From an uncultured cyanobacterium (GTDB lineage: Bacteria > Cyanobacteriota > Cyanobacteriia > Cyanobacteriales > Nostocaceae), in the NCBI GenBank assembly GCA_963706595.1, contig OY970166.1:4576001-4640000 (forward strand): a stretch of DNA of 64,000 nucleotides. Direction: 5' to 3'. Each line of letters begins with the position of its first letter. Positions within the stretch are counted from its first letter, which is position 1. The notes under the pieces are model-generated. The model was not told where the DNA came from. It saw only the letters and a program-made list of their open reading frames with translations, and did not search any database. Made by a program: the position numbers and the translations under genes. Below are positions 49,361-59,307 of this stretch, piece by piece.

Positions 49361-50845
49361 CTAAAGAGTCCTCGCCGCCGCACCACTACAGACAACCCGA
49401 AAACCGAGATAGTAGTTCGCGTGGTCTGGGTTGTGGTTGCCGCGACGGGCAGAACGACAGTTCTCAGGATAGTTGCCCGACGAACCACCGCGCAGCAGCC
49501 GTCTGTTTTGATTATCATTATCAATCCATTCACTACCGTTATCAGGCGCACGTTCGTAGTTACTGTGCCAAGTATCTAGACACCATTCCCACAGATTTCC
49601 GTGCATATCATACAGTCCAAAGGCATTAGGAGGAAAGCTGCCTACAGGTGTTGTTTTTCGCCGATACTGTCCTTCAGGGCTATTACCATAAGTGTAGTTA
49701 CCATCATAGTTAGCCACTTCAGTTGTAATTATATCACCAAAATGGAAATGTGTGACAGTGCCTGCACGACAAGCATATTCCCATTCCGCCTCACTGGGTA
49801 GTCGGTAATCAAGACCTATTTTTTGAGACAGTCTCTGGCAAAACTCAACTGCATCATACCACGAAATACTCTCTACAGGAAGATGATCATCCCCTTTAAA
49901 ATGAGATGGTCGAATCTCTAGTTTTCTCTTAATTTGTGGAAAAGATGCAGCCACTCTTGCCCATTGTGCTTGAGTTACTAGGTATCTTCCCATATAAAAG
50001 GATGGAACTGTTACTTGGTGTTCGGGGCGTTCATCATCGCCGCTTCCTTCCTCTTTTTCGGAAGCACCCATCATAAAAGTATCACCAGGAATCTTAACCA
50101 TTTCTAGGTTTACACCCTGACCTAAATCTTCTATGAAGCCTTTAGCGTGTTTTGATATAAATTCCTCGTGAACAAATACTTGATTCTCGTATTCTGTTTT
50201 AAATAGTCCTTTTTTTACTTCAACTCGCTTAATGTCCGTTTTTAGCTTTACTATTTCAAACTTAAACTCAAATTTCTGTAATTTTGACTCAGGTTCAATT
50301 GGGGATGGCGAAGGAACGGGCTGAGGATTGGAAACAGGGTTACGAGGTGGCAAAGGTCTCAGCTTACCAAGGGCTGGTTTTTCATTTGCAGGTTGATTAG
50401 TTAAGTGGCGATAAAGGTTTTCATAGCCTTCATCATTATGAGCAAAATAATGAGTAGTTCCTTGCAAAGGCTTAGGGATATCCTCAAATTTACCCGATTC
50501 TAGTAATACAGGTATAAACCTGTGATTTAATGCCCCTGCATTGAAAAGGTCTTGAGATGTCAGATGTCCTTCCCATCGCACACCATTTCCTCGTCCTGGT
50601 TCTTCTTCACCTTTGCAACGACGTTTATAGATTGCTGTACATATTACTAAAACAAAATTCGCTTGCTCAATCTGTCTTTCCATCCACCGAGGCCAGCCTT
50701 CGGGAGGCGCTAATTCATATTGGTCAAGATTGCAGTCAATTCCCGATTTACGTAGCTTATCCGATAATGCTAATACGCTTTGTTTATGTTCAGGCGAGTC
50801 CCAACTATAGCTAATAAAGACTTTTGGCGGAGTCTGATTTGACAT
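49361..50845 (-). CDS. SEFIR/TIR + FGE-sulfatase (CLec-fold) protein, DGR target
   Basis: KVFISYSWDS...WPRWM N-domain; RLPSEAEWEYACRAG, NAFGLYDMHGNLWEWC and GFRVV C-domain. Confidence 0.9.
   Translation of the reverse strand: MSNQTPPKVFISYSWDSPEHKQSVLALSDKLRKSGIDCNLDQYELAPPEGWPRWMERQIEQANFVLVICTAIYKRRCKGEEEPGRGNGVRWEGHLTSQDLFNAGALNHRFIPVLLESGKFEDIPKPLQGTTHYFAHNDEGYENLYRHLTNQPANEKPALGKLRPLPPRNPVSNPQPVPSPSPIEPESKLQKFEFKFEIVKLKTDIKRVEVKKGLFKTEYENQVFVHEEFISKHAKGFIEDLGQGVNLEMVKIPGDTFMMGASEKEEGSGDDERPEHQVTVPSFYMGRYLVTQAQWARVAASFPQIKRKLEIRPSHFKGDDHLPVESISWYDAVEFCQRLSQKIGLDYRLPSEAEWEYACRAGTVTHFHFGDIITTEVANYDGNYTYGNSPEGQYRRKTTPVGSFPPNAFGLYDMHGNLWEWCLDTWHSNYERAPDNGSEWIDNDNQNRRLLRGGSSGNYPENCRSARRGNHNPDHANYYLGFRVVCSGAAARTL
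49364..49501 (-). other. DGR variable region (VR) at the 3' end of the target gene
   Basis: GC-rich scaffold codons interspersed with NNC/NNT codons (GGC AAC TAT, GGC AAC CAC AAC, AAC TAC TAT), as expected from AAY template codons. Confidence 0.7.
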
Positions 50846-51102
50846 ATTTTTAAAAAGGTAAAGATAAACCAAGTAGGGTGTGTTGTCGCGCAGCGCAACG
50901 CACCACAAACAATTCATAACTAATTTCCATAATCTACCGAGATATACTGACTCAAAAGACAAATACTATATTTTTAAACATTTTTCAAGTGTGTACCTAG
51001 CATAGCACTTCTCTACATAGCTATAAATACAGATCCAGCTAAAATATTGAAATTTGTAAGGACTTTAATTACTTTCTAAAAATAAAAATGGATTTGAGTT
51101 TT

Positions 51103-51287
51103 TAGAACTTACGCATTGTACAAATTAACATGGTATGCTGTTACCAAAAATAGCCAATTCCTGGCTTTGATGATGATATTTAGTAAATGTACTCGTGTGG
51201 TAAGGGTTTAGCATTGCTAAACCCCTACGAAATATGTATTTTTTAGTGTGTACATATTTGGTATTTATTGTCAATGCGTAAATCCTA
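51103..51287. mobile_element. MITE-like element
   Basis: Imperfect TIRs TAGAACTTACGCATTG / CAATGCGTAAATCCTA; internal palindrome gggtttagcattgctaaaccc. Confidence 0.6.
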
Positions 51288-51365
51288 ATTTTGATGCTCA
51301 TCGAGAAATGAATAAAAGATCAGATCCCCGACTTCTTCAAGAAGTCGGGGATCTAAGCATCTCGA

Positions 51366-51827
51366 CTATAAAATAAAATATCTGGCAATAATGACGGTGA
51401 TTAATAATGTTAAATAAAACGGGTAAACAGAAAAAGAAAGACTAGAGGTAAATAATAAATTGACAACATTCATGCCTTTTGGTGGCTTCAGCATAAAAAG
51501 CTGATTAATTGTCACTTCGCCTGAATGTAAATCTTTGACAAAATCGTTATATATCTCCCGAAAGCTGCGTTCTTGACCCAAATAATATGAATCTAGTAAA
51601 AAGAACAGCACAATGGGGATAAGAGATATCCAAGCATAAGTAGGCTTATTCTTATCCGCTAATACGACTAAAGTTGCCGAAACCAGAGAAATACACCAAG
51701 TTTTGCAGCTGGCGCTATTATTTGCCATCCGCGCAATAACCCCTTGCAAAATATTCAGATAACTCTGCACAGAGTTAGAATCAGGGTCTACCTTATGTGG
51801 TTGTGACTGCGGATTAAAGTTACTCAC
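51366..51827 (-). CDS. Hypothetical membrane protein (about 3 TM)
   Basis: QGVIARMANNSASCKTW...LDSYYLGQERSFR..Y pattern with hydrophobic helices. Confidence 0.7.
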   Translation of the reverse strand: MSNFNPQSQPHKVDPDSNSVQSYLNILQGVIARMANNSASCKTWCISLVSATLVVLADKNKPTYAWISLIPIVLFFLLDSYYLGQERSFREIYNDFVKDLHSGEVTINQLFMLKPPKGMNVVNLLFTSSLSFSVYPFYLTLLITVIIARYFIL

Positions 51828-51917
51828 GGAAACTTTTCGCTACTGTTGTGGTATTTTAATTCTTATTGTATATCGTTGACGCTGCTTTGATTGAATCCAA
51901 AATGGATAAAATCGAGC

Positions 51918-52231
51918 TAAGAGGGTGTTTGAAAAGTCGTAGAGTATACCCTAGACCCCTCTCCAAACCTCTCCCCGAAGCGGAGAGAGGCTTTGAAACC
52001 CCCATTCCAGCAACAAAAGTTTTTCCTTTTCCCTCTCCTTGTAGGAGAGGGCTAGGGAGAGGTAAGGAAGGGAGGCTATGGGGGGTTAGGTTTGTGTTAG
52101 CGATATAGCGGTTCTCGGTTGAGTGAGATACAAGAACCCCACCCCCAACCCCCTCCCCGCAAGCAAGGAGGGGGCTATGATGTATTTCATTCAAGTGCAT
52201 ACCGCTATAATACTTTTCAAACAACCTCTAA
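51918..52231. mobile_element. MITE with a nested second MITE (52104-52209)
   Basis: Outer TIRs TAAGAGGGTGTTTGAAAAGT / ACTTTTCAAACAACCTCTAA; inner TATAGCGGT / ACCGCTATA. Confidence 0.75.
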
Positions 52232-52234
52232 GAC

Positions 52235-52669
52235 TTAATCTGAGTCTCTATGGTGGTCATTTCTGTCACGTTTAAGACTTTCTTCTAAAGCTTGAATCTG
52301 TTCTCTCCGGGCTTCTAATTCCAGAGAACGACGTGCTAAATCTTGATTTTGTAAAGTTAGAGATTGTCGCCAACTTTCAGCGATTTCTGCTTCTTTTTGC
52401 AAGTCAGTCGGTGTCATCCCAATGCTGAGAAAAGTTTGGACTAAATTTACTACCCAGTTCCTAGCATCTGCTAAACTTTCAATTTCACCTGTAGGGGAAA
52501 CCTGCACTAAAACCAGCAAATTCTCACTCACGGGAGTTGTTTTGCTCAACAAAACAAAACTTTCTTCTGGAATAACTACCCAAAGGTTTTGACTTTCTTG
52601 ACGTGCTAACAAGCGTAACTGATATTTGTCTGAAAATTCATTTTTATTTACTTGAGCTAGATATAGCAT
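52235..52669 (-). CDS. Conserved cyanobacterial hypothetical protein
   Basis: MLYLAQV...ESWRQSLTLQNQDL coiled coil. Confidence 0.7.
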   Translation of the reverse strand: MLYLAQVNKNEFSDKYQLRLLARQESQNLWVVIPEESFVLLSKTTPVSENLLVLVQVSPTGEIESLADARNWVVNLVQTFLSIGMTPTDLQKEAEIAESWRQSLTLQNQDLARRSLELEARREQIQALEESLKRDRNDHHRDSD

Positions 52670-52830
52670 GGCGTTCGATTCAGATTTGAATTGCCAAAAT
52701 ATTTTTAAGTTTAAATTTAATCTAAGTAGGTACAGGGCGGGCAAGATGCCCACCCCACAAGATTTATCATCTTAAGATGTGTACCTGATTTGCTGTCAAA
52801 GTGCTGTAACTCAACTGTTACCCATTACAG

Positions 52831-55800
52831 CTATAGTAAACTACTCAAGCGATCGCGCAAAATTTCGGCTTGTTTCTCAGCTTCTGCTAAAGATTCTCTC
52901 GCTCCCTTTACCACATCAGCCGGGGCTTTATCCACAAACTTAGGATTGCTTAATCTTGCACTCAAAGAATTAGCCTCTGCTTCCACTTTGTTGAGGCTTT
53001 TTTCCAGTTTGGCACGCAAAGTAGCAATATCTACCACATCACCACTCAAAGGAATTACCACTTGTACAGTTCCCACAACCCCAGAGATGGCATTTTCAGG
53101 TGCTTGTGGCTGTGGTAATTTGGTCTGTAACATGGCTTTGGGAGGGGTTGGTGGGAAAAACTTCGCCCAGAACTTTTGTCTAGCCTCCGCTTTCAGGAGT
53201 ATTTGGATAACAAACCAAGATGTATAACCCAAACCAACTATTTCCAAGAATTTACCGATAACGGGAATTTGATAAACCGTATTCCCCGCAACCAAACCTA
53301 TCCTCGCAAAGACAAGCCCCGCGATAACAAAACCAATTGTCTTCAAACCCCTCTGAGGTTTTTTCTCCACAACTTCAGCGCTGGTTTCCTCTGGAATAGC
53401 CGCTTGTTGAACACCAGCACTTCGGCTGCGCTCAGTACAAGCAATAGTTAAATTCTCCACCTTGGCCAAATCTTGAATATAAGCCTGTCCAGCAGTGAGG
53501 ATTTGCTGTTCTTGGGGATTCTCAGTTTGTAAATTAGCGGTGATTTTCGCCCCTGGCTTAATATCCGCCTCGGCGCGTAAATTCCGAATTGTGCGAATTG
53601 TGCCAATTAGTAATTCAAACTGGGCTTCTAAATCAGGATTAATCAGGTTATTATCGGCTTCAGGATAGGCTTGTAAAGCTAAAGTTTGTAAGGAATCGGC
53701 TGGTTGTTGGGTGAGAGTTTGCCAAATTTCCTCAGTAATATGAGGCATTAAAGGATGCAGTAATTTTAAAATCCCTTCCAATACATAGCCCAGAATTTGT
53801 TGGGCTACCTGGCGCGATGCTGGGTCTGCATCTTTTTGTAACCGGGATTTGACTAATTCAATATACCAGTCACAGAAATCACCCCAAATAAATTCATACA
53901 GACCTTTTGCAGCTTCACCTAAACCATAGTTATCAATGTAATTACTCGTTTGGTTGATAACTTGATGATAACGGGAAATCATCCAGCGATCGCTTAATTC
54001 TGTAGCAATTGGTTCACCCAGTTGTGCTGGAGTTTGTCCATCCAAATTCATCATTACAAATCGGGCTGCATTCCACAACTTATTCGCAAAGTTGCGCGAA
54101 GCTTCCACCGATGCAGACTCATCCTTTTTGCGGTCATACTCCAAGCGGATATTTTGACCCGCACCCGCAACTTCTTTAATTAAGGTATAGCGCAGCGCAT
54201 CAGTCCCATATTTGTCAATTAATAACAGTGGGTCAATCCCATTACCTTTAGTCTTTGACATTTTCTGACCATTTTCATCCAGCACTAAGCCGTGGATGTA
54301 AACATCATTAAATGGCATTTTCCCAGTAAAGTGTCCCGCCATCATCGTCATTCTGGCTACCCAGAAAAAGATGATATCAAAGCCAGTGACTAAAGTACTG
54401 TTAGGGTAATAAGTTGCTAAATCCTGAGTTTGTTCAGGCCAGCCCAAAGTAGAAAACGGCCAGAGTCCAGAAGAGAACCAAGTATCCAATACATCTGGGT
54501 CTTGTTCTAACTTGACATCTGCCCCAAATCGTGATTTAGCTTTTTCCCAAGCCTCATCGACTGATTTGGCGACGATAAACGGCGTATTATCGGTAATTTC
54601 ACCACCAGTTTCACTGACAGCATACCAAGCCGGAATTTGATGACCCCACCACAATTGACGAGAGATACACCAATCTTTTAACTTGACTAACCAATCACGA
54701 TAAACCTTAGTCCAGCGTTGGGGGACAAACTCTGGAGAATTTTGATTATCGAGAAATTTTAAGGCTTTATCAGCCATTGGGCGAATTTTGACAAACCACT
54801 GAGTAGATAATAATGGTTCAACTGGTACTTTACCGCGATCGCTATAAGGAACAGTATGCTTATAATCCTCCACCTTCACCAGCACACCATCGGCTTCTAA
54901 GCGAGAAACCACATTTTTTCGAGCCACAAAGCGGTCTTGTCCTTGGAACTCCCCAGCGTTATCATTGAGAGTCCCGTCCTTATTCATAATATTGATTGAC
55001 GGCAGATTGTGACGCTTACCCATTTCAAAATCATTCGGGTCATGGGCTGGAGTCACTTTTACACAACCAGTCCCAAATTTCGGGTCAACAAACTCATCAC
55101 CAATAATCGGAATTTCCCGATTCATAATTGGCAGAGTTAAGGTTTTGCCAATCAAATGTTTATATCTGTCATCATTGGGATTAACCGCCACACCTGTATC
55201 ACCCAGCATAGTTTCTGGTCGAGTTGTCGCCACTTCCACAAATCCAGAATTATCACTGAGGGGATAGCGGAAATGCCAAAGATTCCCATCAACTTCTTGA
55301 TTATCCACTTCCACATCAGACACCGCCGACATAGAAGCCGGACACCAATTGACTAAGTATTCGCCACGATAAATTAATCCTGATTCGTAGAGACTGACAA
55401 AAGCTTCCAGAACAGCTTGCGATAAACCTTCATCTAAAGTGAACCGTTCCCGTGTCCAGTCAACGGAGACACCCAGGCGTTTTAACTGATTCACAATTGT
55501 ACCCTCAGAATCGGCTTTCCATTGCCAAGCCCGTTCTAAGAATTGTTCGCGTCCCAGTTCGTAGCGAGTTTTACCTTCTTTTTTGAGTTGTTTTTCCAAC
55601 ATCGTGTGAACGGCGATGCTGGCGTGGTCGGTTCCCGGAACCCAGAGAGTATTGCGCCCTTTCATGCGGTGGTAGCGGATGAGGGTATCAATTAAGGCGC
55701 TTTCAAAGGCGTGACCCATGTGTAAACTGCCGGTGACGTTGGGAGGGGGAATCACGATGCAGTAAGGTTCACCGGGGTGATTGGGGTCAGCTTTATAGAC

Positions 55801-55887
55801 TTGGTTTTCTTCCCAAAATTTTTGCCATTTGGCTTCGGTGGTGAATGCGTCGTAGAGACTAGGGAGGTTGGTAATGTTTGCGGTCAT
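52831..55887 (-). CDS. valS: Valine--tRNA ligase with inserted CAAD membrane domain
   Basis: [13 protein letters not shown] and KMSKT motifs; two-TM CAAD-like insert ([19 protein letters not shown]) before the C-terminal coiled coil. Confidence 0.97.
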   Translation of the reverse strand: MTANITNLPSLYDAFTTEAKWQKFWEENQVYKADPNHPGEPYCIVIPPPNVTGSLHMGHAFESALIDTLIRYHRMKGRNTLWVPGTDHASIAVHTMLEKQLKKEGKTRYELGREQFLERAWQWKADSEGTIVNQLKRLGVSVDWTRERFTLDEGLSQAVLEAFVSLYESGLIYRGEYLVNWCPASMSAVSDVEVDNQEVDGNLWHFRYPLSDNSGFVEVATTRPETMLGDTGVAVNPNDDRYKHLIGKTLTLPIMNREIPIIGDEFVDPKFGTGCVKVTPAHDPNDFEMGKRHNLPSINIMNKDGTLNDNAGEFQGQDRFVARKNVVSRLEADGVLVKVEDYKHTVPYSDRGKVPVEPLLSTQWFVKIRPMADKALKFLDNQNSPEFVPQRWTKVYRDWLVKLKDWCISRQLWWGHQIPAWYAVSETGGEITDNTPFIVAKSVDEAWEKAKSRFGADVKLEQDPDVLDTWFSSGLWPFSTLGWPEQTQDLATYYPNSTLVTGFDIIFFWVARMTMMAGHFTGKMPFNDVYIHGLVLDENGQKMSKTKGNGIDPLLLIDKYGTDALRYTLIKEVAGAGQNIRLEYDRKKDESASVEASRNFANKLWNAARFVMMNLDGQTPAQLGEPIATELSDRWMISRYHQVINQTSNYIDNYGLGEAAKGLYEFIWGDFCDWYIELVKSRLQKDADPASRQVAQQILGYVLEGILKLLHPLMPHITEEIWQTLTQQPADSLQTLALQAYPEADNNLINPDLEAQFELLIGTIRTIRNLRAEADIKPGAKITANLQTENPQEQQILTAGQAYIQDLAKVENLTIACTERSRSAGVQQAAIPEETSAEVVEKKPQRGLKTIGFVIAGLVFARIGLVAGNTVYQIPVIGKFLEIVGLGYTSWFVIQILLKAEARQKFWAKFFPPTPPKAMLQTKLPQPQAPENAISGVVGTVQVVIPLSGDVVDIATLRAKLEKSLNKVEAEANSLSARLSNPKFVDKAPADVVKGARESLAEAEKQAEILRDRLSSLL

Positions 55888-55941
55888 GCTGGGAATACTA
55901 ATTGTGGAGGGACTTTAGTAAATTTTGCCATAGGGGGGAGA

Positions 55942-56430
55942 GGGGTTGATGGAAAAAACGAACCGCCAAGTCGCCAAGTACGCCAAGAGAGGGGAGCCAA
56001 GTCAGGAAGTAGATAGGCTGGCTTATGCTGTGATTGGAGCAGCGCTTGAGGTACATCAACTGTTGGGGCCTGGGTTTTTGGAGCAAGTGTATAAGGAGGC
56101 GTTGATTATAGAATTGTTCAGGCGCGGGATACCTCATGAATTTGAAAAGCCTGTAACAGTAAATTACAAAGGACATGAAGTAGGTACAGGGAGATTAGAT
56201 TTTTTAATAGCCAATTGTCTCATTGTGGAATTGAAAGCTGTCCAGAACCTAGCCCCAATACACGAAGCCCAAGTCCTCTCTTACCTAAAAATGACCAAAC
56301 ACCCACTCGCCCTCCTCATCAACTTTAACGTCCCCCTCCTCAAAGACGGCATCAAACGAATCATCCTCACCTCCTAACTCCTCCCTTGGCGTACTTGGCG
56401 ACTTGGCGGTTCGTTTTTTCCATCAACCCC
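55942..56430. repeat. Perfect 46-bp inverted repeats enclosing the GxxExxY gene
   Basis: 55942-55987 is the exact reverse complement of 56385-56430. Confidence 0.92.
55949..56377 (+). CDS. GxxExxY protein (PD-(D/E)XK nuclease-like)
   Basis: LGPGFLEQVY, RLDFLI, IVELKAV, QVLSYLK and LINF motifs. Confidence 0.9.
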   Translation: MEKTNRQVAKYAKRGEPSQEVDRLAYAVIGAALEVHQLLGPGFLEQVYKEALIIELFRRGIPHEFEKPVTVNYKGHEVGTGRLDFLIANCLIVELKAVQNLAPIHEAQVLSYLKMTKHPLALLINFNVPLLKDGIKRIILTS

Positions 56431-57672
56431 CCGCATAGCCAAAAGCGCCGAACCAAAAGCAGCCTCAGTATGCACCGAAGAAACCACAGACACCCCTAAA
56501 ACACCTTCCCGAATCGCACACCAAGCACTATTCCCCGCCCCACCCCCAGCCGTATAAACACGAATTAACCTATCCGCACCCATTTCCTGCAACAAACCAT
56601 ACCCACGCCCCTCAATCCTAGCCATACCTTCCAACAACCCATGCAAAAACGCCACAGGATCATCAGGACGTGGTGATAATCGTGGTAGTAAATCGGGATC
56701 ATTAATGGGAAAGCGATCGCCTGCTCGCAACAAGGGATAATAATCTAACCCACTGGCTGTAGTAACATCAATCTCGCCGCTAAACCTTTCCAACTCAGCC
56801 GCACTAAAAAAATGCTTTAGCACAGCCCCCCCAGTATTAGAAGCCCCTCCAGTCAGCCATAAGTTCCCCAATCGATGACTGTAGATACCGTATCGTGAAT
56901 CCTCCACACGCGTCCGACTCAATAATTTAACTACCAACGTTGAACCTAAAGAAGTCACAGCTTCCCCCGGCGATTTAGCCCCACTAGCCAAAAAAGCCGC
57001 AATACTATCAGTTGTCCCAGCACAAACTAAACAATCATCAGGAAAATTGAACTGAGTGGCAATTTCCGGGCGTAATTTGGCTATAGGAGTACCAGGAGTT
57101 AAAACTTTTGGTAGCTGAATCGGTAATTGTAATTTCTCCAGCCATGCTGGATATTTTAACTGCTCCACATCATAGCCCAGCTTTAACGCGTTGTGATAAT
57201 CGCTAATTCCCAAATAGCCATGTAGCAGAAATCCTAACCAATCGGCTTGATGCAGAAAATATTTCGCCTGACTAAAACTAGGTTGTTGCATCATCCACAA
57301 CAATTTAGCCAAACTTGAAGTAGCGCTTAATACATTATGATGCGGTGGTGCAATATTTTTCAACTGCTCCAGCACCACTGCTCCCCGTGCATCGTTGTAC
57401 AGTAAAGGTGCATCTACAGGCTTACCAGCAGCATCAGTTAGCAAGACTGTGGATGACGTACCATTAATAGCGATCGCCTTGACTTCTCGGCGCAATTTCT
57501 CAGGTATTTTTGCCAGCAGTGTAAATAAAGCCGTCTCCCAAGCAGTTGCTAAATCCGAAACAGCCTCATCTAGCCAAGGATACTTGATTTCTGCTTCGGT
57601 GCTGGCTTCACGATTAATCACCACACCCCTAACGCCAGAAGTACCAAAATCGATCCCCAAATAAAAATTCAT
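56374..57672 (-). CDS. FGGY-family carbohydrate kinase
   Basis: LGIDFGTSG, GTTDSIAA and TAGGGA motifs. Confidence 0.9.
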   Translation of the reverse strand: MNFYLGIDFGTSGVRGVVINREASTEAEIKYPWLDEAVSDLATAWETALFTLLAKIPEKLRREVKAIAINGTSSTVLLTDAAGKPVDAPLLYNDARGAVVLEQLKNIAPPHHNVLSATSSLAKLLWMMQQPSFSQAKYFLHQADWLGFLLHGYLGISDYHNALKLGYDVEQLKYPAWLEKLQLPIQLPKVLTPGTPIAKLRPEIATQFNFPDDCLVCAGTTDSIAAFLASGAKSPGEAVTSLGSTLVVKLLSRTRVEDSRYGIYSHRLGNLWLTGGASNTGGAVLKHFFSAAELERFSGEIDVTTASGLDYYPLLRAGDRFPINDPDLLPRLSPRPDDPVAFLHGLLEGMARIEGRGYGLLQEMGADRLIRVYTAGGGAGNSAWCAIREGVLGVSVVSSVHTEAAFGSALLAMRGVDGKNEPPSRQVRQGRS

Positions 57673-57819
57673 AGTTTGATAAATTTTTTAATAGTGGCTA
57701 CCGGTTAATCACGGCTTTTGTTGCATCTTGTTACAAGATATTCCACATTCTTGGCAAAACAGGGAAAAGTAGTAAACGAACGGTTCAATATTGATTTCAA
57801 GCTCAGGAGGGTTCCGACC

Positions 57820-57915
57820 ATGCCTATATCAGATACTCAAGTGTACATTGCTCTAGCTGTAGCCCTGATTCCAGGAATTCTAGCTTGGCGTTTAGCTACA
57901 GAACTTTATAAGTAA
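57820..57915 (+). CDS. psaM: Photosystem I subunit XII
   Basis: [40 protein letters not shown]. Confidence 0.95.
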   Translation: MPISDTQVYIALAVALIPGILAWRLATELYK

Positions 57916-58471
57916 CGCCACTTTCTGACTTTATCAGTGGGGCAGATTAAAAATCGCTCCACTGTCAAACAACAATCAGGCTCTTCCTGGTTGTTGTCTT
58001 GACAATCCCAAAAATACAGCGCCGACAGCATCTAAAAATCAATTCGCCGCTATATCCAGAAATTTCTAAGTATATATAATTACTATTGATTTGTGGTAAC
58101 TGCTTAATTTGTGAGTGAAAATCTGGCAGAAATAACATGGCGACTAAAAATATTTGTTGAGTACAATGGGACACCTCTAAATTTTCCAGACAGAGGAAAA
58201 ATAGGGAGAATTATTCATAAATATCACCACAACTTGGAATTGACATAATCTTTTAAAAGAATAATAATCGGTCAAACCGGGTGCTAGTCACTGGATACCA
58301 GAAGCTTTTGAATACCAAATACTTACGTAGATTGCGTTAGTTTTTAACCTTCAACATACGTGTAGCAATTTGGCAAAAATGAAGTAATATGACAGCTAAA
58401 TCAAGGTGTTATCAGTGCCAGTGTGCTTTCTATGATGTTGCCATTCAATCAGTAAGGTTCTATTTAGCATA

Positions 58472-58882
58472 ATGAACGCGAGTCAACCGTCTAGACCACC
58501 GCTACAACCTCTACAAAAACGCCGGGCTGTTCCTCGCCCAAAACGGCATCTTCGTCAACGTTCCTACCAGGTTATGGCCCTGGAAACCACGGCAAAGATA
58601 GCGGTTAACTTGGCAATCTCCGCAGCAGCAGTATCTGCCTTAGTGCAACTTGTGCCTCAGCACTGGACACAACAAGACAGATTGCGCGAAGTCAATACTG
58701 AAGTTAAACTGATGGAAGAACGTGTCGAAGGTTTGCAGACGGAATTTAAGCGTAATTTCGATCCCCATCAAGCTCATAGTATTAGACAACAGCAAGCCTA
58801 TAAATTTGACCCTCATCAACTTCCAGTAGTGTTCGTGAATCGGGATGGTAAGGAAGTTGAAGTATTAGAGTTATTACCCTAA
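58472..58882 (+). CDS. Conserved cyanobacterial hypothetical protein (TM + coiled coil)
   Basis: 136-aa ORF. Confidence 0.7.
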   Translation: MNASQPSRPPLQPLQKRRAVPRPKRHLRQRSYQVMALETTAKIAVNLAISAAAVSALVQLVPQHWTQQDRLREVNTEVKLMEERVEGLQTEFKRNFDPHQAHSIRQQQAYKFDPHQLPVVFVNRDGKEVEVLELLP

Positions 58883-59068
58883 AAACAATATTCAGAATTT
58901 ATATGGAAAAATCGACTTTTCTGACGGGCGCGATCGCCTGTAAATACAGGATTTTTGTATGCAGTACCATCGGCTGATAGTTATGAGGGACACTCCAATT
59001 CACAAAAATACACGGTATGCGGGAAGCTCAGTCACTTCAGTGCTGAGAGGTAAGCGACACGAGCGATT

Positions 59069-59251
59069 TTAATCGCCTTCAATCTTTACCTCATCAATAA
59101 GTCTATCAACAAACTCTCTTAATCGTTCTTGCCAGTCAGGGATAGTTTTTAGTTTGTCCTTGACACTGGGCAGAACTTTAAAACAAACGGGGTTTTTATC
59201 AAACGGTTGATTGCTTGTAAAGCCTAGTTTATGCTTTTTTTGAAACGGCAT
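59069..59251 (-). CDS. Small accessory protein of the TnpB element (RHH-like)
   Basis: 60 aa, PVCFKV...WQERLREFVDRLI; divergent from tnpB inside the element ends. Confidence 0.6.
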   Translation of the reverse strand: MPFQKKHKLGFTSNQPFDKNPVCFKVLPSVKDKLKTIPDWQERLREFVDRLIDEVKIEGD

Positions 59252-59307
59252 TACTATTGGCTTTCTATATTGATATACTAATATATAATAACATGGGAAG
59301 TTGAAAA

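Noticed and set aside
51856..52224. ORFs of 122 aa and 80 aa
   Set aside because: They lie almost entirely over nested MITE/palindromic repeats and give low-complexity translations.
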